Shown: positions 1-15,305 of the stretch, one piece after another
Numbering within the stretch: position 1 is the first letter of the stretch
How the letters are laid out: each line of letters opens with the position of its first letter
Assembly (NCBI RefSeq): GCF_009914755.1
Contig: NC_060927.1
Strand: one strand, 5' to 3'
Length of the DNA stretch: 64,000 nucleotides
From: the human T2T-CHM13v2.0 reference genome, Homo sapiens
Translations under genes and position numbers: made by a program
Notes under the pieces: model-generated
What the model saw: only the letters and a program-made list of their open reading frames with translations
The model's database searches: none
Told to the model about the DNA's origin: nothing

Positions 1-106
1 AAAACCCTTTCTATTACAGGTCTTCACATTTAGGCTTAATGTGCTTAATTCAAATGTAAAAATACACCTGCCTTTGTTCTCAGTGAAAGTATGTAATAAA
101 TAAATG

Positions 107-417
107 AGGGGTTGGCAAACTACTGCCCACCATCTGTTTTTTTATGGCCTATGAACTAAGAATCGTTTTGGATAGCTAAAAAAAAAAATCAAAAGGATAA
201 TTATTTTGTGACGTGAAAATTATATGAAATTCAAATTTCAGTTTCTGTGAATGAAGTTTTAATGGAACACAGCCATCCATGCTTATGTAAGTGTGCATAT
301 TCTCTGGCTGTTTTCACTGCAATAGCAGAGTTGAGTAGTTGTGACAAAGAGTTTATGGCCCACAAAACCTAAAATATTTACTTTCTGATGCTTTACAGAA
401 AAAGTTTCCTGAACCTT
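107..417 (+). mobile_element. hAT-Charlie MITE, MER58B-like
   Basis: Begins AGGGGTTGGCAAACTACTGCCC and ends ...TTTATGGCCCACAAAACCTAAAATATTTACT...TTTACAGAAAAAGTTT, matching recalled MER58 termini. Confidence 0.7.
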
Positions 418-493
418 ATTCTAGCTATATGTTGTTCATAAATGAATCTTTCGTGGTTCTGAAGGCATTTAAGAATCTCTTAGGTTATAAATT

Positions 494-800
494 GGCTGGG
501 CGCAGTGGCTCACGCCTGTAATCCCAGCACTTTGGGAGGCCGAGGCTGGTGGATCACGAGGGCAGGAGTTCAAGATCAGCCTAGCCAAGATGGTGAAACC
601 CTGTCTCCATTAAAAAAAAAAAAAAAAAAAAAAAATAGCTGGGGTTGGTGGTGGGCAGTAATCCCAGCTACTCGGGAGGCTGAGGCAGAGAATTGCTTAA
701 ACCCAGGAGGCGGAGGATGCAGTGAGCCAAGATCGCGCCACTGCACTCCAGCCTGGGCAACAGAGTGAAACACCATCTCAAAAAAAAAAAAAAAAAAAAA
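494..800 (+). mobile_element. Alu (AluS-like), full length, 16-bp TSD, expanded middle A-tract
   Basis: GGCTGGGCGCAGTGGCTCACGCCTGTAATCCCAGC to poly(A); TSD CTCTTAGGTTATAAAT at 477-492 and 804-819. Confidence 0.95.
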
Positions 801-1469
801 ACACTCTTAGGTTATAAATAATTGTTGTTAGCTCTCCAAGCCTCCATATTACATTTTGTGTGTTCTCCTGTTCACATTTTGAGCATTTTATTTTTTATTA
901 GCACATTCAGTTCATCAGGTATTTAAGAGCTTAATATATGCCAAAGCATATATTAAGCGAGAAGCTGTTTCTAAATGTACTGTCTCAGCCCTCACAGAGT
1001 TCACTTCATTAGGCTCTTTAAAATTTCTTTCTTTAAAAGGTCAGCGTGCTGGTATAGTGGGGAAGGGAAACTCTTACAACACGTCGAGTAGAGGAAGGTT
1101 ATCATTATGGGATATAATTTGGAAGTCATTGAGTACCTGCCATTAATTCTGCCTGTAGTCTGAATGTAGAGATTAACATGTAGAAACTTTTTTGAAATAA
1201 AATCTTCAATTTCTTTGGCATATCTAGTACTGTCTAGCTAGGCATATAGTCAAAGTATGGTGTATATTTCAAGTATTAAAAGTTTTTTTGGGCTGTAGTC
1301 ACTGTTGAAAGGATATAGTTCTTTACTATTACATGTGATACCTTTATATAAAATTGGCTAACCCCTGTCTTTCATTTATCTGCAACACTGACTGTTACCA
1401 GTTGTCTCTAACTTTGGTATGGGGGGTGGAAATATGATTAGATTGAAAGGGTACATGACTGAGCCACAA

Positions 1470-1610
1470 GCAGACCTGGATTTGAATTTTAACTGAACGG
1501 TTTATTAGCTATTCTTACATTAATACTGCTAATCAGTTTTCTTGTGATATGAGGAATGATGTCTTCTTTATGAGGTTGCTAGGAAGATTCAATGAGATAA
1601 CATACTAGGC
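1470..1610 (+). mobile_element. MIR fragment
   Basis: Degenerate MIR core (TCAGTTTTCTT...TATGAGGTTGCT...ATGAGATAA). Confidence 0.5.
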
Positions 1611-2289
1611 TCAGAACTGAAGTTGCTAGGAATTTAATTATGCTACCTTGTTAAAGTATGTCAAAGGCAGAATTCAGTGTTTAGCTGATACCACAAGGCA
1701 GTATCCTAAAATTATGCTGTAAAAGATATAAAGATGCTGTAAGTGACTCAGAAACCTAGTGACTTTGTAATGCAGTTGATTCTTAGAATACTGTCACTTT
1801 AACAGAATAGGAGCTAGGAATGAAGAAATAGTTATTAAATTACTAAAATAGAAAATTTATTGACACATGTAAAGTGACATTTGCTTAAATATTGAAAAAT
1901 TTGTAGTACTATTTCCTTGCTTTAGAAAACATTGGTTACCACTTTTTTTATTTATAGCAGTTTGTTTTTGCCTTGAGGCAAGATGGTTGACTGAGTAGTT
2001 GCCACATTTCTTTTGTACAAAGTCCATTTCATAGGCCATCTAGCTTTTATGCTTAGAAACATTTCCTTAACGTTATATTTCAGTATTTGGCTAACCTATA
2101 TAGGGTTAAATTATATAGGCTAACTTCTCGGACAGATATTTCTAATAATTTATGTATTTGGTTCTGCAAATGTATGCAAAAATATATGTACAAAGGTATG
2201 CAGATGCCTTGCATACTTGATATATGTTAAATTTTTTTTAATGTAGACCTTTTTCGTTCTCTTTAATGACTATATGGTATTCCACCATC

Positions 2290-2850
2290 CCCCGCTCACC
2301 TGGACAACTACAGTAACCTCCTAAATGGTGTTTCTACTTTGCTATTGCCCCTTATTGTCTTTTTTCCCCTTTATAGCTGCTGGAGTGAATTTTAGAAAGC
2401 CTAAGTCATACATCACATTGCTTCATGGGCATCCCAGTACACTTTGGATTTTATTTTACATCCTTACTGATCTGATTCTCATCTCTGTCTCTTCATGGTT
2501 CTCTGCCTTCTAGTTACACTGGTGACCTTTCAAAACCTTTACCACATTGAGTTCATTCCTTACTTTTCACTCTTTCTCTGCCTGGAGTGTTCTGCCCCAT
2601 CTTTACGTGGCCAGCTGCTCCTCCTCTGATGAAATGTCTCTTCCTCACAGGCCTTCCCTGACCACCCACTAGAGTAGCACATCTTCTACCTCATAAACTT
2701 GTTTATTAGTATTTCTTACTCTAAATTTTCTTTTAAATTGCTTAATTCCCTAACAGTAGAATATAAGCTTCACTGTATGTATGATCTTGTTGACTCTCTT
2801 ACTCATTGTTATTGTAATACCAGTAACAAAGGGTGTTTAAAATTTGTTCA
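2290..2850 (+). mobile_element. L2 3' fragment
   Basis: CACCTGGACAACTACAGTAACCTCCTAAATGGT...TCTGCCTGGAGTGTTCT...GCCTTCCCTGACCACC, typical L2 motifs. Confidence 0.55.
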
Positions 2851-4025
2851 GTGGGTGAATATATGTTCCATTTAATGGATAAATTATTTTTTATTCAGTC
2901 TCCTGTTGATGGACATTTGAATAATTTCCATCTTTTTCTCTATGAATGCCTCACTTGGCATGCTTCTGACAGTATTGCCACAGAATACATTTCTGTTATA
3001 AAAATTGAATTTTTAAGTCAAAGGGTAGTTACACTTTAATGGATAGTGGCAGCTTACTATCAAAAGTTTCTGCTAGTTTCACCATATCCTTATTAGCAGT
3101 AGATATTATCAATCTTTTCAATCTTTGCCAATCTGATAAGCAAAAAGTAAATGGGTTTAAACATCCTTTGTATATATTCATTGCTCACTTTATGTTTTTC
3201 CTTTGAAATGTTATTTCTTGTTCTTTCCCTGCAGTATGATTCTTTCTTTTTTTGACTTGTTCCCAGTTTTTTGTGTACTATGGATATTAGCCTTTAATTA
3301 TGTTACGGATGTTCTAGTATGTTATTTTTTGAATTACTTCAAATGTGATTTGTTGCTCAGATTTTAAAAACTACATACACAAATTATCTCATGTTTCCCT
3401 TTTTGGTTTCAATTTCGACTCATGCTTAATCAGTTCATCGATTGGGCATGGTTTTATTCTTAATATATACCCGTATTTTATCTCATTTTATTTTTTTACG
3501 TGTAAATATTTGGTGAATATAGGTTTAATTTTAATGTAAAATAAGGATGAAAAATGATAGTTGGAATTACAAGCCCATTTCTCCTAATACTTTTAATCAA
3601 GTAATCCACTAATTGAAATATTACCTTCTTCATTTATGAAATTGCCACATTATATCTGGGTGTTTTTCTGCCTACTACAGTCTCTTACCCATTTCTTTCC
3701 TAATAATACAATACTTGAATTGCTGTGGTTGTTGATTTATAATGTTATCTTAATGATAACATTATAAATGTGATGGAACTGGTTCCTCCTTATAGTTCTT
3801 CTTAAATCAAGAACAAGACATATCTTCCCATTTACTCTCGTATGTATCTCATTTTACTGTTATGAATGAAATCTGTCCTATTTGTGTATAGGAAAATAGT
3901 TTTTGTATGTAATTGTGATATGGCCAGTTTTATTAAAAATTTGGTTAAACTAAGAGTTGTTTTCTGTTCAGCCTTATCATACTATAAAATCCACATAAAA
4001 TGGGTATAAAAGTGTCGCAGGACAC

Positions 4026-4269
<244 letters not shown>

Positions 4270-5771
4270 TAATACTTTTTTCCATCCTATTCCCTTTGCT
4301 GCCCCCAGGCCTCCTGTATTGATAGCCCGCTATTAAGAAGCTAGTGTATATTCTTTGCATACTTTTACTTCATAAACTATATGAAGCATTGTTCTGTTTT
4401 TTAACTTAATTGGTATAAAATTATATTTTGGAAATTCAGTATATTCTGTGAAAATTATTTAGAAAATGTGCCTCTGAGATAAAGCCTATTCAGGATGTAT
4501 CTTAAAGGAGATAGCTGTGCTTTAACATTATCAGTCTTTTTGGCTGCTTATGTTAATATAAGTTGGAGAAAAACAGTCTGCTTTTTGTGATAATATGTTC
4601 TTGGAGATGGAGTGAAAGATTGTTTAAAAACATTGTCTTTTTTTTCCCCTGAAGTACCAGTATTTATTTTAGGATTATGTTACTGATCAAAGATGCTGTG
4701 TGGAGTTACTCATTGGTGAGACTAACAATAAATCACACATGCAAAGGATGTTACCATAATCTAATTATTTTAAACAGTAAAATTATATTCTAAGACATCC
4801 AGTTGGCCTATATGTGCTATATCAATGACTATCAAGGGGCTTTTTATGTATACTGTATACATGTACTTCACAAAAATATAAAAGGATGACATCAAAAATC
4901 TGGCAAGCCAAAAGCCTACATTACATGTAGCAAATAAATAAGCATATGAACTTATTGGAATTTAAAACCCTGTAGGATGGGCGGGTGATGGTATGTATGT
5001 TAGATGTGTGGACATATCTATTAAAAGTTGTGTCAGATAACAGCTGGTGCTGACAAGCCCTTGGTAAGATGGCAGCATGTTCAATATGTTCTGTGAAAAT
5101 TATCTCAGTTTATGATCTGTCAGTATTGTGGAGCTATGCATGAAAGGACTTAAAATTCTTACCCTTAAACTCAGTAACAGTGTTTCTAGAACTTCTGGTG
5201 ATATGGGAAATTAAGAGAATTATTTATATGCAAAGGTGTTTATTGCAGCATTGTTGGAATAATAGACAAAATGGGGAAGAACAAGCTCAGAATGGAGGAG
5301 GTAGCTTATAGTATAGACATACGATACAATCCAGATGATAATATTTTATAATAGTCTTCACAAGGAATTTTATATTTTTATTTTTAAAAATACATAGCAG
5401 TGAGTTTAATATACCAAACATACCAAAATGTCATCATTTACTGTGTGGTGGACTCATATGATGGAGATGATAAATAAAAATATTAATTTATTTGAGGCAT
5501 ATATTTATGGCTGAGGAAGGAAGACAGTTATGAAGAACAGCTCATTCTGGAAACATACTAATTTTTCCCAGCCATAAAGAGATTTCCTATTTCTTTTTTT
5601 TTTCCATTTACCTTCTGTTTCCTACCTGAGAAGATTTCATACTTCTAATAACCATTTGTGTACCTATTTAAAGACAGTACCAAAGGCATACATTTTAGTG
5701 TTTGGAGGACCAAGGGTCATTTGATGTTTGATGCTTATTGACTATTCGAGGATGACAAGACACCTTGAGAA

Positions 5772-5827
5772 CACACACACCCACACCCACACCCACACCC
5801 TCACCCACCCACCCCACCCCCCTCCCC
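5772..5827 (+). repeat. (CA)n grading into (CCCACA)n/(CCCA)n C-rich repeat
   Basis: ACACACACACCCACACCCACACCCACACCCTCACCCACCCACCCCACCCCCCTCCCC. Confidence 0.85.
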
Positions 5828-6596
5828 GAAGAAAGCTGTGAAGGAAGAAAGCAGAAAAGAACCTGGAGTGAGTTGTAACTTAAAGTGTTAGTGTTGCATG
5901 AAGTGTGTTAAAACAGGAAGATTTGAGGAAATTGCATACATTTTCTAGATGGCAAAGTATTACTGGTGACAGTTAATGAAAATGCATATGCATGTGTTTT
6001 TAGATTTACAAATTTTACTAAGAACTTTTTAAAAATCCCTGAAGGTGTATCAAAAGTTTATCATGCTTATGAAATAGAGTAGCACTTTCTAACTTTAAAA
6101 CGGGGAATAATTCTTTGGATCTTGATTATTGGAAAAGTGAATTATGAATTGCTAGTATAAAACTGTGGTTTTAAAATATGTCTGCTTTATATTTTTATGT
6201 AGCAGATTTACTCCTAGTTAATAATACTCAAACTTACTGAAAACTAAGGTAATTAAGATAATTCTGTCCTGATGGGAAGAGGAAAAATAACTTCAGTGTG
6301 AAATCTATTATATATTAGTTGTGGCAAGATTTCTCCCATTGACTTTGACTGGAGACATTTATAGGGTTAAAATCGGAAATAGCACGGTGAATTTTGAAGT
6401 ATCCTTGTAGTTGGAAAGAGTATTATGTTCATATTGCCAAAAAAAAGATGCATGGATGCATTAGACTGGATGGAAAATACATGAGAAGTTGGCTAGCCCC
6501 CTCTTTGTCAAAACATCACTTGGTGGTGATAAAGCTGTTGGAAAACACAGCATTCTAATGTAGTCTGTAGTTTAATGATAATCTGTGTCTTGAAAC

Positions 6597-7144
6597 ATTT
6601 AGCGTAGTACTTATACAAACCTAGATGGCATAGTGTACTGCATGCCTAGCCTATATAGTATAGCCTGTTGCTTCTAGGGTGTAAAGCTGTATAGCGTGTT
6701 ACTATAGGCAGTTGAAACAGTGGTATTTATGTATCCTTTTTTTTTTTTTTAAATTCTTTTAAGAGACAGGGTCTTGCTCTGTTGCCCAGGCTGGATGCAT
6801 TGGTGTGATCATAGCTCACTATAACCTTGAACTCCTAAGTGATCCTCTTTGCCTCAGCCTCCCCAGTGGCTAGGACTACAGGCACATACTACCACACCTG
6901 GCTAATTTTTAACATTTTTTTGTAGAGATGGAATTTCGCTGTGTTGTCCAGGCTGGTCTTGGAACTCTTGTGCTGCAGCAATCCACCCGCCTCCCAAAGT
7001 GTTAGAATTACAAGCCACTTCGCCTGGCTTGTTTACCTAAACATAGAAAAGATCCAGTAAAAATACAGAATTAAAATCTTGTGGGGCCACTGTAGCATAT
7101 GTAGTCCATCTTGACTGAAATGTCCTTATGCAGTGCATGATTGT
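6597..7144 (+). mobile_element. Tigger3-like DNA transposon fragment interrupted by an Alu
   Basis: ACAAACCTAGATGGCATAG...TAAACATAGAAAAG...CAGTAAAAATAC...TTATGCAGTGCATGATTG resembles recalled Tigger3a. Confidence 0.65.
6737..7028 (-). mobile_element. AluJ-like, antisense
   Basis: Poly(T) followed by GAGACAGGGTCTTGCTCTGTTGCCCAGGCTGGA...CTCCCAAAGTG. Confidence 0.9.
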
Positions 7145-8346
7145 ACTTCATAATTTTTAAGCACTCCTCCCTCTTGATTGGTACTTAGTGGATTTTATCA
7201 TTTTTGTTTCTTCATAATTCTTTCTGAAATGTCTACTGGTTGGACCTTTGATCTCCTGAATTGATCGTGATTTCTTCTGTTGTATTTTTTGTCTTTGTCA
7301 TTTTTTTGTACTCTAGGCAGTTTTCTCAATTTTAGTTTCTATTCAACTTTTTGTTTTTATTTATTCTCTCCAGTATTTATGGAGATACTAAATTGAAGTG
7401 TTCTGTTTCTCTCTCCACCCTATCCCTAGTTTCAAGTTTTATCTCAGTTTCTATGGAGTCAGTTTTTTCGTTGCTTTAAAAAAAAATTTTCCTGAAGTGA
7501 TTGGTAAGTTTTGGCTAATTGGGAGCACTAGAATTGGGCCCTTAATGGTTGGCAGGGTGTGGTGGAGGAGAGACAGCCCTTAGTCCAAAGGCTCAGGCCA
7601 GAAAAAGAAAGAGGAAGGCTTTCCTTTTCCTTTCCGGAGCAGGGTTCTGCCCTAGGTCTTGCTTGGCAGTCTATTTGATTTCTTTAGCAGTTAATGCTCA
7701 GTTTTTTGGCATATGTGGATCTGCCTCCAGAGCAGGTACAAGGTGAGTGAGTCTATGCTGTTACCTAATTAGATCCCCATTTCTACCCTTTGTTTTTACT
7801 TCTCTATCTACTGATAGGTTTTTACCCTCCTTCACCTCATAGGGTTGCAGTGAAGAGCAAGATGAATTTTTATTTATGTTGCATAAATTTTAAAAGCTAA
7901 AAAATATATATGTAATGTTGGGAAGTCCCAGTGTACAAATGGCTATTGTAAATTTGGAACATGAACTTGCTTTTTTCCATTGTAAAAATGAAATCATTAT
8001 AAATTGCGGTCAAGTTACTAGGTCAGCCCACACAGAGTTTACCCAGTAATATGCGTAAATGTTTTGCCTTTGCATCAACAACAAGGAAAAACAGTACTAT
8101 AAAAAAATGTTCCTGGAAGCCGGATGTATCAAAGCACTTCTGAAATAGCTATATAGCCTATAGACATGACCAGTTGGTTTCTGAGTCTGTTGACATTGGC
8201 CAAAGGAGAAGCTCAGTGTAGAACATGTTTGGAGTCTCCTTTTGCAGAAATACATTGGAGGCTGGAGTGGGGAACCAATTTTTCAGAAAGGTGGTGAAGT
8301 AGTTACATAGCCACTCTTTTAAAGACAGTCAAAAGATAGAAACTAA

Positions 8347-8485
8347 GGCCAGGTGTTGGCTCACATCTGAGATAGGAAAATCACTTGAACCTGGGAGGCG
8401 GAGGTTGCAGTGAGCCCAGTATGCACCTCTGCACTCCAGCCTGGTTTGGCAAGAGACCAAAACTCTGTCTCAAAAAAAAACAAAA
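8347..8485 (+). mobile_element. Alu monomer/internally deleted Alu
   Basis: GGCCAGGTG...CACTTGAACCTGGGAGGCGGAGGTTGCAGTGAGC...GTCTCAAAAAAAAA. Confidence 0.8.
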
Positions 8486-9465
8486 CATAGTTCACACTTA
8501 AATATTTTATTCCATATCTTTACATACCCAATATGTTAATTTATAGTTCAAGATGAACTTGTTTGGGACAGATTTTGTAATAAAGGAAATCGTGTTATTA
8601 GAAATATCTAGAGGCCATGAGCCCTTAAACTGTTCTAATTTGCAAGTAGTTCCCTGTGTGATGCAGTTTTTTTCAATATTGCACAATAAAGGCAAAATAC
8701 GGACAAATTAGATGATAAGATTTATATAAATTTTTAAAATATTGATCAAAATATGTATCCATATTGGTAATATTTGTATTTATAATAAATCATTGCTGTA
8801 AATTTGAACTTAGAAAAATTTTACTAATAAAGGTGCTTTTGTGTTGCAAACTTTCATTTGAAAAGTAATTTTTCTTTGTACCAAAAAATCTAAAATTCGC
8901 TATTCTAGTCACCAAAATTTGCTTTATGAAAAATAATTTTTGATGGCACTATATCAGAAAACAACTTGTTAAAGAAAATGTGGAGTTTTTAAAATCCCAC
9001 TGTACCTCTGTTATCCAAAGGGGATCTGTGAATTTTTCTGTGAAAGGTTAAAAAAGGAGAGACCTTTAGGAATTCAGAGAGCAGCTGATTTTTGAATAGT
9101 GTTTTCCCCTCCCTGGCTTTTATTATTACAACTCTGTGCTTTTTCATCACCATCCTGAATATCTATAATTAATATTTATACTATTAATAAAAAGACATTT
9201 TTGGTAAGGAGGAGTTTTCACTGAAGTTCAGCAGTGATGGAGCTGTGGTTGAGGTGTCTGGAGGAGACCATGAGGTCTGCGTTTCACTAACCTGGTAAAA
9301 GAGGATATGGGTTTTTTTTGTGGGTGTAATAGTGACATTTAACAGGTATCCCAGTGACTTAGGAGTATTAATCAAGCTAAATTTAAATCCTAATGACTTT
9401 TGATTAACTTTTTTTAGGGTATTTGAAGTATACCATACAACTGTTTTGAAAATCCAGCGTGGACA

Positions 9466-9478
9466 ATGGCTACTCAAG
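9466..9478 (+). CDS. CTNNB1: Beta-catenin exon 2 coding part (MATQ); whole exon 9418-9478, 61 nt
   Basis: TTTTTAG|GGTATTTG acceptor; ACAATGG Kozak; CAAG|GT donor. Confidence 0.97.
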
Positions 9479-9903
9479 GTTTGTGTCATTAAATCTTTAG
9501 TTACTGAATTGGGGCTCTGCTTCGTTGCCATTAAGCCAGTCTGGCTGAGATCCCCCTGCTTTCCTCTCTCCCTGCTTACTTGTCAGGCTACCTTTTGCTC
9601 CATTTTCTGCTCACTCCTCCTAATGGCTTGGTGAAATAGCAAACAAGCCACCAGCAGGAATCTAGTCTGGATGACTGCTTCTGGAGCCTGGATGCAGTAC
9701 CATTCTTCCACTGATTCAGTGAGTAACTGTTAGGTGGTTCCCTAAGGGATTAGGTATTTCATCACTGAGCTAACCCTGGCTATCATTCTGCTTTTCTTGG
9801 CTGTCTTTCAGATTTGACTTTATTTCTAAAAATATTTCAATGGGTCATATCACAGATTCTTTTTTTTTAAATTAAAGTAACATTTCCAATCTACTAATGC
9901 TAA

Positions 9904-10245
<342 letters not shown>

Positions 10246-10340
10246 TGAAGAAAAGAGAGTAATAGCAATGTCACTTTTACCATTTAGGATAGCAAATACT
10301 TAGGTAAATGCTGAACTGTGGATAGTGAGTGTTGAATTAA

Positions 10341-10661
<321 letters not shown>

Positions 10662-10715
10662 TAGTTTCAGAATGTCTACCCAATACCAGTACTTGAAAAC
10701 TAACGATGTTTCTGA

Positions 10716-10970
<255 letters not shown>

Positions 10971-11036
10971 TAAGAAAACATGTCAGAATGCTTGAAGCTA
11001 AAAAGTAGAAGAGTATACTCACAATATTTCTGATGA

Positions 11037-11610
<574 letters not shown>

Positions 11611-12604
11611 ATTTCTGTTCTTTTAAATTTTTGAGTTTCCATATGTAAAGCACTATGCGAAGTAGTAGGGATATGGTAGGCAAGCTTCTCTTCACACTTT
11701 TGTTCTTAGGTGGGATGTAGATGTTGGGAATAATAACCTAATATTTAATTTGTGTAGTGGGAAGAAGTGGGGCTATGAGGGCACATAACACAAGTTGAAA
11801 CTGACTCTTTTTGAGGGTTCAAGGAGACCTCTTGGAGGAAGTGATAGTTGAGTTCAGTGTTCAAGGATGAGAAGGGATTCACTAGGTGAAGGTTAGGTGA
11901 GAAAACAACATCTTTGAAACGAAGGAAGGAGATGGAAAGTTTTGGGAATTTAAGAAATACTAATAGTAAGGAGGAAGAAAGGTTTGAGGTGAGGCTATTG
12001 AGATAGACTTAGCAGATCTCATAGGGCTTTGTAGAGCATGTTTAAAAGCACAATGGGAAATTTCAGCAGAAGCCTGAAATGATGAAATTTGTTTTTAGAA
12101 AATTGGGGCAGTGTTGAAAGGGAAGATATACAGGGAATGAAAGGACAAGCATGAATGATCATTTTATGGTATCTGTTTTTAAGGTGGATATAATTAGGAA
12201 AATTAAAGGGCCAAATGATGAGGAGTTAAGTGCCAGTTCTGGTTCAAATTTTCAGTGAATCAGTTTTGATATAACTTTCATCTTAGGGCATTACTCTTGC
12301 CTACCAACATAGTTTCTAAATTTTTTTCTTTTGGTGTGATCACTGTGGGAAGAAGGAAATTGGGCCCAAACTGATACATTGTTTGGAGGACTGGGATGTC
12401 TGAATTTGAGTGGAATGCTTTAAAAGGACAAGTTGGATAGGGCCCCAGTATGGGGGTCTGAGTGATGGGGTCCAGGAATACATTTAGGTCCAATGGCAAG
12501 CTGGCTGAAATTCTTGTATAATAAAATAGGTTGGTAATATGGCTCTTCTCAGACATGTGATCAAGATTCCTTGACTAACAAGATATATATATATATCTTT
12601 CTAG

Positions 12605-12769
<165 letters not shown>

Positions 12770-13124
12770 TGAGTCTTGTGTATAGCATCTGCAGTTCTAA
12801 TTAGATTACTTTTCTTAGGAAAAGGTGGTAGAACTTTAACTACTGAAAATAAATGGTCCTATTCAGTTTGCAGCCAAGATTTACATTCAGAGTACCTGTC
12901 ATCTGGATTGTAGCTAAATATTTAAGGCTAGTTTAGGTAGAGTTCTTATTATCCATCAAAAATGATGGCATATGTTTTGCTTAATAAAATTTGTTTGTAA
13001 TTTCAGTTTTGAGTAAACCTAAGATTTGCTAACAGAGCTGTGAATTTATAGGAGAAAAGACAAATTCTAATATAGTACAGTTTTATGTAAAGTGATTGCT
13101 TTATTAGTAGATGCTCATGAGCAG

Positions 13125-15090
13125 TTTTTGTTTTGTTTTAACTTTTAGGTTCCGGGTAATGTGCAGGCTTGTTATATAGGTAAATTGCATGTCACAGGGG
13201 TTTCGTGTGCAGATTATTTTGTCACCCAGGCAGTAAGTATTGTACCCAATAGGTAGTTTTTCAGTTCTTTACCTCCCACCCGTAAGTAGGCCCCAGTGTC
13301 TGTTGTTCCCTTCTTTGTGCCCGTGTGTACTCAGTGTTTACCTCCCACTTATAAGTGAGAACATGTGGTATTTGGTTTTCTATTCCTATGTTAGTTTGCT
13401 TAGGATAATGGCCTCCAGCTCCATCCATGTTGCTGAGGAAGACATCTTGGTATTTTTTTATGGCTGCTTAGTATTCCATAGTATATATGTACCACATTTT
13501 CTTTATCTAGTCTACCATTGATGGGCATTTAGGTTAATTCCATATCTTTGCTATTGTGAATAATGCTGCAGTGAACATATGCATGCATGTGTCTTTATGG
13601 TAAAAAGATTTCTTTTTCTTTGGGCATATACCTAATAATAGGATTGCTGGATTGAATGGTAATTCTGTCAGGTTTTTTGAGAAATCACCAAATTGCTTTC
13701 CACAATGGCTGAACTAATTTACTTTCCCACCAGCAGTGTATAAGCATTCTCTTTTCTCAGCAACCTCACCAGCATCTGTCATTTTTTGACTTTTTATTAG
13801 TAGCCATTCTAACTGGTGTGAGACGGTATCTCATTGTGGTTTTGATTTGCATTTCTCTAATGATCAGTGATGTCGAGCTTTTCTTCATATGTTTCTTGGC
13901 CACTTGTATGTCTTCTTTTGAAAAGTGTCTGTTCATGTCCTTTGCCCACTTTTTAATGGGGTTGTTCTTTTTTGCTTGTTAATTTAAGTTTATTGTAAAC
14001 TCTGGATATTAGACCTTTGTCAGATGCATAGTTTGCCAGTACTTTCTCCCATGCCAGTACTTTCTCCCATTCTGTAGGTTGTCTGTTTACTCTGTTGATT
14101 TCTTTTGCTGCGCAGAAGCTCTTTATACTGTCCCATTTGTCAGTTTTTGTTTTTGTTGCAACTTCTCTTGGCATCTTCGTCATGAAATCTTTGCCAGGTC
14201 TTATGTCCAGAATGGTATTTCCTAGGTTATCTTGCAGAGTTTTTACAGTTTTAAGTTTTATATTTAAGTCTTTAATCCATTCTGAGTTGATTTTTGTACA
14301 TCATGTAAGGATGGGGTGCAGTTTCAATCTTGGATGTGGCTAGCCAGTTATCCCAGCACCATTTATTGAATAGGGAGTCCTTTCCCCATTGCTTGTTTTT
14401 GTTTACTTGTTAGGTGTGCGGCCTAACTTCTGGGCTTTCTTTTCTGTTCCATTGGTCTCTGTGTCTGTTTGTATACCAGTACCATGCTGTGATTGTAACC
14501 TTGTATTAACAGTATAGCTTGAAGTTGGGTAAAGTGATTCCTCCAGTTTTGTTCTTTTTGCTTAGGATTGCCTTGGCTATTCAGGCTCTTTTTTGGGTTC
14601 ATATGAATTTTTAAATAGTTTTTTTTTAATTATGTGAAGAATGCCATTGGTAGTTTGGTAGGAATAGCATTGAATCTGTGAATTGCTTTGGGCTGTATGG
14701 CCATTTTAACAATATTGATTCTTCCTGCCATGAAATAGAATGTTTTTTCATTTGTTGGTGTCATCTCTGATTTCTTTGAGCAGTGTTTTTTGTAATTCTC
14801 ATTGTAGAGATCTTTCACCTCCCTGGTTAGTTGTATTCCTAGGTATTTTATTCTTTTTGTGGCTTTGGTAAATGGGATTGCATTCTTGATTTGGCTTGCA
14901 GCTTGGATGTTGTTGGTGTCTAGAAATGCTTCTGACTTTTGTACATTGATTTTTATATCCTGAAACTTTGCTGAAGTTTATTGGATCAAGGAGCTTTTGG
15001 GCAGAGATTATGGGGTTTTCTAGGTATAGAATCATATTGTTTGCAAACAGACTTCCTATTTGGATGCATTTTCTTTCTCTTGCCTGATTA
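13125..15090 (-). mobile_element. 5'-truncated L1 (old L1PA/L1PB), 3'UTR plus ORF2 3' part, antisense to CTNNB1
   Basis: Minus-strand ORF2 remnants ([16 protein letters not shown]; [10 protein letters not shown]; NRQPTEWEK) and an L1 3'UTR with T-rich end. Confidence 0.92.
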
Positions 15091-15270
15091 TGAGCAGTGT
15101 TTTGCCCTGATATTCTGTATTCTCAGTGAATAGATGTCGTCTAAGTATGAGAAACAATTTTTTTCTATTCTGAGTATTTTTAAGAAGGCAACTTATATGT
15201 GGTACTTTGTATATTGTGTATGTTGGCAATTGGGGAAAAGAATAGATGGTTTGTACTAGGGCCTCTTGGG

Positions 15271-15273
<3 letters not shown>

Positions 15274-15304
<31 letters not shown>
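15274..15304 (+). repeat. (TG)15 microsatellite
   Basis: Read directly from the sequence. Confidence 0.95.

Positions 15305-15305
<1 letters not shown>

Noticed and set aside
505-776. ORFs such as [12 protein letters not shown] and similar ones at 16559, 40134, 40651, 53848 and 57324
   Set aside because: Translations of Alu sequence, not genes
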